A stretch of 64,000 nt of DNA from a virus (Duplodnaviria; Caudoviricetes). The DNA is taken from the IMG/VR virus record IMGVR_UViG_3300011977_000007, positions 32,001 through 96,000 of that record. One strand, 5' to 3'. Position numbers and translations under genes: made by a program. Below are positions 22,893 to 31,800 of this stretch, piece after piece. Every line of letters begins with the position of its first letter. Positions within the stretch are counted from its first letter, which is position 1. A model generated the notes under the pieces. It was not told the origin of the DNA and did not search any database. It saw only the letters and a list, made by a program, of their open reading frames with translations.

Positions 22893-23111
22893 ATGGCATT
22901 CACAGCAAGAGATTTATCAAAGAAATATTACCCAAGACTTTGGCCAATTTGTCGTTTGGTTGCTTTGGTAAAAGTAGGAAAATTATCTGAAGCTGATTAT
23001 AAGGAGATTACTGGATTTACATATCCGGCTACATCAGCACCAACAGAGGAGTCAAAGGATACTAAGAATGATGCTTCTGAGACTACAGAAGATTCTAATA
23101 AGCAGAAATAA
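22893..23111 (+). CDS. XkdX-like protein
   Basis: YY..LW.....LVK.GKLSEADYKEITG pattern. Confidence 0.7.
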   Translation: MAFTARDLSKKYYPRLWPICRLVALVKVGKLSEADYKEITGFTYPATSAPTEESKDTKNDASETTEDSNKQK

Positions 23112-23205
23112 TAATTAAGAATAAATATACTGGTGCAATATAATTTGCACCAGTATACTATTTATTTTTTATATAAAATAGGATGATTTTTAAGGAGGAA
23201 AGACT

Positions 23206-24397
23206 ATGCCAGTAATAAATCGACTTCCAATCGGGGGGGGGGGGGGCATCTGAATTAGGAATTTCCAACGGTAAAGGAACTGTTGGATTGAACGTATTCA
23301 CTCAGATGGATGAACCTCAAAAGAAAGACGGAATATGGATAAAAACAAATCATACCTATCAAAATGTGATGGTAAATCAACAGTTTGCTAATTATCAAGA
23401 TGGTGTTTGGAGTGCAATTTGTCCATTGAATAATATAGGAAGGACTAAATTAGTTACAAATCAAGGTGCATTATATTTATTTAGCGATAATTATAAGTTA
23501 TATCGCCTAAATGGATCAGCATTAGAATATATTTGTGATTATAATAGTAGAACTAATGTAATGGCATCTTATAATAATTCATTATATATTATTACTGCTT
23601 CTGTAAGTACCGGATATGTATTTAAATATAATGGTATTAACTGGGAAAGAGTATCTGAATTTTATGGTACAACATATTTTGATAATTGTGTTACATTATA
23701 TAACGATCAATTATGCCTTTTTTATGGTAATAGTAATCAGACAATAAGCAACGATATATATCTATTTAATGGATCTACATTTACGCAATTATGTGATGCG
23801 ACTTTTTACGGTAGTGATAATGATAAAATACTAATAAAGAGCATTATTACTTATAATGGTAAACTATATATGTTTGGTAGTGTATCAAGATTTCCAGCAG
23901 ATGGCTTATTTTACTTTGTTTTAAATGCAGGTAATAATTGGACAAAATCAACAGTGCCAGTGACTGCAAATTCATTGTGCGTATGTACTTGCGTTTATAA
24001 TAATGAATTATATTTGTTCTATGAGGACAGAGACACTACTTATAATGATATATACTATTGTAAATATAATGGTGCATCATGGACGCTTATAGGGAAAGTT
24101 GGATATTGTGGTCAAGTTTCTTTAAATCAATATATGTACGGTGCTAGATCTTCATTATATAGATATACTTTACCGCAAAAAGTATATAATCCAAATACTG
24201 TTATTATAAATAAGGGTGATTCTCAAAATGGTGTTTATTTAACCAATATGTTTGATACGTCTTACATGGTTGGTAATAATAGCAATAGATTTGTATCTGG
24301 ATTCGATGATTGTTTTTATTTTGCAGATTCTGCATTTGATTGGGGGGCTCCAATGTATTACGGCAATGGTTCTCAATGGATTAAGTTCAAGAATTAA
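23206..24397 (+). CDS. Poly-G-interrupted putative receptor-binding protein 4 (out of frame as sequenced)
   Basis: TAAGGAGG RBS, ATG 23206 MPVINRLPI, G14 at 23233-23246, then ATC TGA; G13 fuses to ORF 23288..24397. Confidence 0.8.
23233..23246 (+). repeat. G14 homopolymer
   Basis: Directly visible, context CTTCCAATC-G14-CATC. Confidence 0.95.
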
Positions 24398-24538
24398 TTT
24401 CTACATATAAGTAATGACTTATACGTAAACAAAAATATATTATACAGTTTATATTATGTGTCAGATTACGTTGCAGCATATGCTTAGCCATATGCTGCAT
24501 AAATATTGCAATATTTATGTAAAAGGATGTGATACAAA

Positions 24539-26707
24539 TTGTTTAGAAAAATTACTTATACTGATAAAGAAGATATACTTGGCCTTGTTTCTATTGATAA
24601 TAAAAATAAAGTAACAGCTCAAGATATGAATGATATCAAGAATGCTATTAATGATAATACTACAGAATTAGATAAAATAATGGTGCATTTAGCAGGAGAT
24701 ACCATGACTGGTGCTTTAAATTTTAAAGCTAATACTTGGAATAAATATGGTTCTAATGTTGCTGTTGGAGCTATTAATACTGCCGGTACCCTAGCAGTAA
24801 AGGGATTGGATGGAAAAACTACTATTAGATTAGTTCCTAATGGAGCTACTGATAATAATGGTGTTACATGGGCAGCTAATTCTGCTACAGATTCTACTAT
24901 TAGTGGCACTCTTAATGGTAGTTTTAAAGGCCCATTAGAAGGAAATGCTGCTACAACCACGAAGCTTCAAACTGCAAGAACCATTAATGATACTTCATTC
25001 AATGGTACTGCTAATATCACTACTGCTAAATGGGGAACTGCTAGAGATATTACATTAGGATTAACAAAGAAATCTGTTAATGGTTCTACTAATATGGCAT
25101 GGACTTTAGCAGAAATGGGCGCTTTACCAGCTGCCGGTGGTAGCATGACTGGCGATATTAAATTTTCAAATGTTCAAACTGGAATGCGCGGTATTACGGG
25201 AACAGTTGGAGATAATGATAACTGGAGAGTAGTTGGTGTATCTACTGCATCGGATGCTGGATATTTAGAAATTGCTACGGCTGATGGGGGAGACGAGCCA
25301 ATATATGTAAGACAATATTCTTTTAAAGATAGTAATTCATTTGGAACTGTTGCTAGAACTGCTACAATATTAGATGCTTCTGGTAATACTACTCTGCCCG
25401 GATTATTAACTGTTAATGGTATTCATTCATCTAAAGCTTGTACTTTTGATGATAATTTAACTGTTAAAAAGAATATTACAGGTAATGGTACCCTGTCAAT
25501 AGACGGAGTTACAACTCTTAAGAATAATGCAAATATTAACGGTACTTTATCTGTTGATGGAGCTACAACACTTAAAAATACATTAAGTGTTACTGGAGCG
25601 CTTACTGTACATGGTGGTATAACCGGATCTTTAACCGGTAACGCTTCTACTGCAACTAAGTTAGCTACTGCTAGAACAATTTCTTTAACAGGATCTGTAA
25701 CTGGTAGTGGTACATTTGATGGTAGTGGTAATTTATCAATAGCCACAACAACGAATCATACACATGCATATTTACCGACTGCCGGTGGTAGCATGACTGG
25801 AAATATTAATTTTAATGGTAGAGGTAATAATTATATAGGTGCTGGTCCAAGAGATGGTGCTGGCGGTGTAGGTGAAGAATTAAATAACCTTGTAATTTCA
25901 GCATGGTATGGTGTATCTTTTACAACATTATGCGATGGAAAATATAAAAATAAAAACGCTGTAAGTATTAATACTAGAACTGGCCATGTGTATGCTAATA
26001 CTTATCATGGTGCTTTAAGTGGAAATGCTTCTACAGCTACAAAAGCAACGCAAGATTCAGCAGGACAACAAATTAATACAACTTATATTAAAGGATTATC
26101 TGTATCTGGTAGGACTATTACTTATACTAAGGGTAATGGCACTACAGGAACAATTACAACTCAAGATACCACATACCCTTTTAAAGCTATGACTATTGAT
26201 GGTAGTTATACTACAAAATATCGTACACAAACAAAAGGTAATACTGCTAGTGGCGATTATATAACCACCATAAGAAACGATACAGCTAATGTAAGTAACT
26301 CCCCCCAATATGGTTCCGGTTTAGCTTGGGGTAGGGGTGATACACATGGATATATGTATATGAGTTATAGCTCACCTGAAGCTTATGTTGGTGGTGGCAA
26401 TGCTGATAAACTTAACTGGGTTAAAAAAATAGGATTTGCTCCGATAACCACTAATGTTATTGCATATGCTGGTTGGTGGGGAGGTGGTGCTGCTCCATAC
26501 ACATGCACTATTAATATAGCAAATGTTACAGCAAGTAATGTTGTTGAAGTAGGTTTAGCTTCTAATGCAAATGATGATCAGGTTAAAGCATGCATGAAAG
26601 CAAGTATTGCTAAAATAACCCAAGCAAATGGTTCTATTACATTATATGCTTATGGGACAAAACCAACGGTAGATATACCACTTTCTATAGTAATAATGGA
26701 AAATTAA
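24539..26707 (+). CDS. Long tail fibre protein
   Basis: Repeated GNASTATKL.TARTI fibre motifs; N-terminus shared with 2628, C-terminus shared with 17169. Confidence 0.8.
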   Translation: MFRKITYTDKEDILGLVSIDNKNKVTAQDMNDIKNAINDNTTELDKIMVHLAGDTMTGALNFKANTWNKYGSNVAVGAINTAGTLAVKGLDGKTTIRLVPNGATDNNGVTWAANSATDSTISGTLNGSFKGPLEGNAATTTKLQTARTINDTSFNGTANITTAKWGTARDITLGLTKKSVNGSTNMAWTLAEMGALPAAGGSMTGDIKFSNVQTGMRGITGTVGDNDNWRVVGVSTASDAGYLEIATADGGDEPIYVRQYSFKDSNSFGTVARTATILDASGNTTLPGLLTVNGIHSSKACTFDDNLTVKKNITGNGTLSIDGVTTLKNNANINGTLSVDGATTLKNTLSVTGALTVHGGITGSLTGNASTATKLATARTISLTGSVTGSGTFDGSGNLSIATTTNHTHAYLPTAGGSMTGNINFNGRGNNYIGAGPRDGAGGVGEELNNLVISAWYGVSFTTLCDGKYKNKNAVSINTRTGHVYANTYHGALSGNASTATKATQDSAGQQINTTYIKGLSVSGRTITYTKGNGTTGTITTQDTTYPFKAMTIDGSYTTKYRTQTKGNTASGDYITTIRNDTANVSNSPQYGSGLAWGRGDTHGYMYMSYSSPEAYVGGGNADKLNWVKKIGFAPITTNVIAYAGWWGGGAAPYTCTINIANVTASNVVEVGLASNANDDQVKACMKASIAKITQANGSITLYAYGTKPTVDIPLSIVIMEN

Positions 26708-26765
26708 AAAATAATGCATTAAAGAAGCTTAATCTGTATAATATAACTTTAATTAACAAAAAATA

Positions 26766-26795
26766 AAAACAGTAGGGCTAAGCCCCTACTGTTTT
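26766..26795. terminator. Bidirectional terminator-like hairpin between convergent genes
   Basis: AAAACAGTAGGG...CCCTACTGTTTT. Confidence 0.75.
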
Positions 26796-27259
26796 ACTTC
26801 TTCTATTATATCGGGATTCATTATTAATATACTATCGCAATCCCATCCGCATAATGAATAGTACAAATCTCGGCATTCGCTAATATTTACTTCAATCGCA
26901 TCATACTCTTTAGATAATTTTTCAAAATCCAAGAATATGAATATGCTAATACCCCTAAGTAATGGTAATTTGTTTTGTGCCATTGGTAATCTAGATAGTA
27001 TATCAGTATTATTGATATATAATACTTTGGCACCATCTTTTAATTTAAATCTAAATGCATCATTCTCATCAATATCTCTAAATTCTTCATCAATGCACCA
27101 ATCTTTCCACCCAAATTTAGCATCTATTCTAGATGCCCAGAACCCCCCTCTAGGTTTTGTAAATAGTTGTATGTTTTCTATAGGCCTACACATTTCCTTA
27201 CAAAATTTCTTATGCCCGTAATGAACGTATATTGGTTTTTCCATATTAAATTCCTCCAT
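26786..27259 (-). CDS. Hypothetical protein (probable early gene)
   Basis: ORF with an early-type promoter at 27292..27275; KPRGGFWAS and WDCDSIL motifs. Confidence 0.6.
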   Translation of the reverse strand: MEEFNMEKPIYVHYGHKKFCKEMCRPIENIQLFTKPRGGFWASRIDAKFGWKDWCIDEEFRDIDENDAFRFKLKDGAKVLYINNTDILSRLPMAQNKLPLLRGISIFIFLDFEKLSKEYDAIEVNISECRDLYYSLCGWDCDSILIMNPDIIEEVKQ

Positions 27260-27274
27260 TTCTTTTATTTATAT

Positions 27275-27292
27275 TATAATATATAATTGAAA
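27275..27292 (-). promoter_or_regulatory. Putative early promoter TTTCAATTATATATTATA (identical at 50816-50833 and 56567-56584; variants at 60683-60700 - and 37859-37876 +)
   Basis: Identical 18-mer upstream of three non-structural genes; the TATATTA core resembles phiKZ/AR9 early promoters. Confidence 0.75.
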
Positions 27293-27348
27293 TTTATTAC
27301 TATTTTTACATGATGATAAAATAATATAAAGAGGAGTGAAATTTGCAT

Positions 27349-27876
27349 ATGATTAGAATAGCTGTAACTGGCCATAGATATGATAAATTATATGGATACA
27401 ATTTAAAAGATCCTAGATATATGACATTATATATTATGATTTATAGTCGTATATTTAAAGCTATAAAAGAGGATGAAGAACATAAAGTGGAATGTATTAC
27501 TGGTATGGCTTTGGGAGCTGATACTATATTTGCTATAGCCGCAATAAACTTAAAGCTAAAAGGTCATAATATACATTTAGTAGCAGCAATACCATTTAAG
27601 GGACAAGAATTAAAATGGAATGAGGATTCTATAAAAATATATAATAATATATTAAAATATGCTGATGAAATAGTTTATGTATGTAATGGTGGATACGCAC
27701 CATATAAGATGCAAAAAAGAAATGAATATATGATAGATAGATTAACAGGAGTAAATGATATGCTACTTGCGATATATAATGGTTCTAATAAAGGTGGAAC
27801 TGCAAATTGCGTTAATTACGCTAAATCTTTAGGTATAAATATTGAATATATAAATCCTTTAGAGGTACTAGCTTAA
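27349..27876 (+). CDS. SLOG/YspA-family (DUF1273-like) protein
   Basis: IAVTGHR, ITGMALGAD, RNEYMID and GGTANCVNYA motifs. Confidence 0.85.
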   Translation: MIRIAVTGHRYDKLYGYNLKDPRYMTLYIMIYSRIFKAIKEDEEHKVECITGMALGADTIFAIAAINLKLKGHNIHLVAAIPFKGQELKWNEDSIKIYNNILKYADEIVYVCNGGYAPYKMQKRNEYMIDRLTGVNDMLLAIYNGSNKGGTANCVNYAKSLGINIEYINPLEVLA

Positions 27877-27939
27877 TTGCTAGTACCTTTTATTATCTTT
27901 AACATTTTAATAAAATTATAGCAAGGAGGATATATTAAA

Positions 27940-28827
27940 ATGGCAACAGCAAAACAAATTATGGATAAAGCTATTAGTTATGTAGGTACTAAAGAGAAAC
28001 CTGCTAATAGTAATAATGTTATTTTTAACACGCATTTTTATGGTAGATCTGTAAGTGGTATCCAGTATAAATGGTGTGCTGCATTCATATGGGATATTTT
28101 TAGAATGTGCGGGGCTTCTAAATTATTTTATGATGGAAAAAAGAGTGCTTATTGCCCTTCTATTAAAAATTGGGCTGTTAAAAATAAGCTCACGGTAGAT
28201 AAATCTAAAGCTAGATATGGGGATATTGTAATTTTTGATTGGGATCATAATAAAATTCCTGATCATATAGGATTTATTGAGGACTATAAAAATGGAATCT
28301 ATTATACTATAGAGGGTAATACTTCTGTTGGCAATGATAGTAATGGTGGTTGTGTAATGCGTAGAACTAGACTTGCTAATTCTATTTGCTGCGTTATAAG
28401 ACCAAAGTATTCTAATACTAAATCTAAAGAAGTATCTGCAGATAAAGATACCGGTAATTCTAAATCATATATAGGTGATCAGAATTATTATCTTAATAAT
28501 TCTAGAGTTGGTACATGGCAGGCAGCTATGAATAAAGGTTTTGATACTAAGACTCTTACTGTAGATAATAAATTTGGTGCTAATTCACAGGCATTTGCAT
28601 CTACTCATATTCTTTGGTCTGGTCAAGCTCATAACTGTATTACTGCAATCAATTGGCTTAGAAAGACTCTGCATGACGTATATGGATATAAAGAGCTTCC
28701 AGTAACAGGATGCTGGGATGCTACATTAACTAAATATGTAAAGAAATTTCAGAAATCTGTTGGTGAAAAACAGGATGGAAAAGTTGGTCTTATTACAACA
28801 TATCATCTTCTTAAGGGTTCTAAGTAA
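27940..28827 (+). CDS. Endolysin, CHAP domain plus peptidoglycan-binding-like domains
   Basis: WCAAF, GDIVIFDW...DHIGF and TIEGNT; C-terminal FQK....DGKVG..T; late promoter at 27901. Confidence 0.85.
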   Translation: MATAKQIMDKAISYVGTKEKPANSNNVIFNTHFYGRSVSGIQYKWCAAFIWDIFRMCGASKLFYDGKKSAYCPSIKNWAVKNKLTVDKSKARYGDIVIFDWDHNKIPDHIGFIEDYKNGIYYTIEGNTSVGNDSNGGCVMRRTRLANSICCVIRPKYSNTKSKEVSADKDTGNSKSYIGDQNYYLNNSRVGTWQAAMNKGFDTKTLTVDNKFGANSQAFASTHILWSGQAHNCITAINWLRKTLHDVYGYKELPVTGCWDATLTKYVKKFQKSVGEKQDGKVGLITTYHLLKGSK

Positions 28828-28892
28828 TACATAATAGGGTGGTGTTTTACCACCCTATATATTTTTAAATTTATGAAGGGAGATGATTTATA

Positions 28893-31800
28893 ATGGGAAT
28901 TAATGCTCCAAAGCACGTAATACGAAAGCCTAAGCACATTACAAATCCGAAAGACATAGAATATATATTGTCCTTAACAGAGGATGAGGCTGCAGCTAAA
29001 AATACGATAATGGATTTATTTGCCGATTTTGGAGACGGCCCAAGATTTAATACTTATGATATTATAGAAATTCCTAAGGGATCTTATGGTAAAACTAAGA
29101 AGAATAAAAATCAATTTACAACTACAGTTGGATTATATGTATTTAATAAAGGCTGCATAGAAGATATGTCTGATGTACTGGGATATATTAATGAGCCTAT
29201 TACTGCTGATAAGTATGATGAAATAAATGAATTAGTATCATATGCTAAATTGGAAGATAAGATCACTGTACAGCAGTTGAAAGATTTTATAATACAATCT
29301 CAGATTTATATGTCTTGTACTTCAGCATTATCACCATCTCATACAATGGTTCTTCTTTTAATCTCAGATAAAATTGAGGCTAGAAAGAAACAATTATTAA
29401 AAGATAAGTATGGCGAGGCTATAAAGAAGAAAGATATTAAAGCAATGGATGCTCTTGATAAAGAACTTCTTGATTATGCAAAGGAATTATTAAAAGATGA
29501 TCCATCTGTTGATATGTTTAATTCTGGTGCTCGTTCATCATGGGGTAAAATTACTCAGCATATATAGTAATATGTGTGTTTCAATGGGGTTAATTGCAGG
29601 TAATACCTAAAGGCCTTACGCCAAAACGGAATTTGAAAAAATAAACGGTATGGTACGAAAGTAGAAAAAACGTAAGGATGCAATAAGCTGAAATAAAATT
29701 CTATTATAAATTATAATAGATGCTAAGTTGTAATAACAAGGGTTGTTCATGCAGCGAAATACCTAAGTCTATATAGATATGGTAAACGTTCAACGACTAG
29801 CCGATGACGTCGGCGGCTTTGCCTTAATGTAAAACCACAAGTTAATGGTGGAAGAAAAATCCCAGCCCTATAAATATAGGGATGACAAATAGTCTCTGCT
29901 ACTACTTAATCGTAGTGACAACTTGAAATAATATAAGTTGTGTATATAGAGTTGCGTCTATATATAAAGATATAAAAATTATATAATATAAAAATTAAAT
30001 ATAGGTAGATAATTACAATTCTCAAAACACTTCATTAAATCTGTAATGAAAGGTGGTGAGGATCGTGAGTAAAATAAATAACAATAAGCAATATTATAAA
30101 GGTCATAAATATAAAATATACCCAACTGAGGAACAAAAACAAAAGTTGGATAAATTTATAAATCTTTATAGGTACGTTTATAATTGGGCTCTTGCTAAAG
30201 AACAAGAGATATATGAATCTTATAAAAATGGTGAAAGTGAAAAATCATTTTATACTTTCTTTGATTTGTCAAAAATATTTGTACAATATAGAAATTCGCC
30301 TGAAAATAAATGGTTATTAGAATTACCCAACGGTACTGCATGTAATGCGATAAATGAATTGGTTACTGCATATACAAGGTTTTTTAATAATATTAGTGGG
30401 TATCCTAAATTTAAATCTAAGAAAAATTCTAAAAAATCATTTACAACTAGAAATGATAGATTTTATATAGATAAAAATACTGTAAAAATAGAAGGATTAG
30501 ATCTAAATGATAGAATTCAATTAGGGTTTGATTCTGAATATAATAAAGATTCTGTTCATCATAATACAGTTATATCTAAGGATACTATAGGTGATTATTA
30601 TGTGTCATTTTGTACTATTGAAGAAAAAATAGAAATTGATAATTCTGATGGTGGGGTAATAGGTATTGATTTGGGAGTTAGAAATACATTAACAACATCT
30701 GTACCTATTGAAGGTGAATATTTTCATCATCAACCATTTAATAAGATTAGTAAATTAAAACGTAATATATCTAAATTACAAGTTAAAGTATCTCACGATC
30801 AATTACGTAGACTTAATGAAGCAAAACGTACGAAAACCAAGTACGAAGACATACCTAAAAGTAAACGAGAAATTAAGAGAGAAAAAATAATAAATAAGAA
30901 ATACATTAAGATTCATAATATTAAAAATACATATTATGATACTATTATTAAACGTATTATGGATACTAAGCCTAAGGCTGTTGTAATGGAAACTTTTGAA
31001 TATAATAAAATCATACATTCACAAAAATATATGACTAAATATATGGTTGATACTTCATTTTATGATATTACTCAAAAAACAAAGTATCAATGTAATAAAA
31101 GAAATATTCCATTTATTCAGGCACCAGTGCAATATGCATCATCCCAAATATGTAGTAATTGTGGAAATAGGATTAAAATAGGTAATAAAAAGATTTATAG
31201 ATGCCCTATATGTGGTAATACGTTAGATAGAGATCTTAATGCTGCTTATAATCTCGAAGATTTTTATTATGACTATACTGGTACTAATAGATTAGTTGCT
31301 GTAAGTATAGCGTAATTCGTTTACACATTATTTAGGTTAAATAATGAATTTTAATGTACCGAGTTTTACTGTTCTCGGGATGTTAAGATCATTGAGAATT
31401 GTAAGTATATATCATTTATAAGCCCAACCAGCTTAACGTGTGGTATTCACACGGTTGATATATGAATTATGATTTGTTGATATGATAAGTAAATCATAAT
31501 TATATATTTACCTTTATAGGTTTACATATTATATGATTTTAAATACAGTAACAATTTTAAAAACATGTATGTTTCTCGTGGTACTGTTAAATTGACCGAT
31601 GGATCATTTGATATGGTTACTTCATCATATATATCTGGCCTATCAAAAGAAGATCTTGTTAAAGCAAATGATGCTGCTGTTGGTGGTCCTTATAGCCGTG
31701 CTGTAAAAACTAAAGAGGGTGGATATAATGAAAAGAAAATTCTCTATGGATTACAGCATGTAAAAGTATTACCTAAAGGATCTGATTGTGGAACTAATAG

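Larger units (their letters stand above)
29546..31548 (+). mobile_element. Group I intron containing tnpB (IStron-like), ~2.0 kb
   Basis: Core motifs AATTGCAGG, CATGCAGC, TTCAACGACTA, AAATAGTC at 29590-29900; removal restores the RNAP frame; the exact junction is ambiguous within a repeated GTAA. Confidence 0.85.

Noticed and set aside
17740-24397. Invertase-driven shufflon for the RBP array
   Set aside because: All cassettes are in the same orientation with their own RBS; no recombinase or inverted crossover sites were seen.
30053-31315. Cas12 effector or autonomous IS200/IS605/IS607 element
   Set aside because: Size and motifs fit TnpB; there is no CRISPR array and no tnpA in the window.
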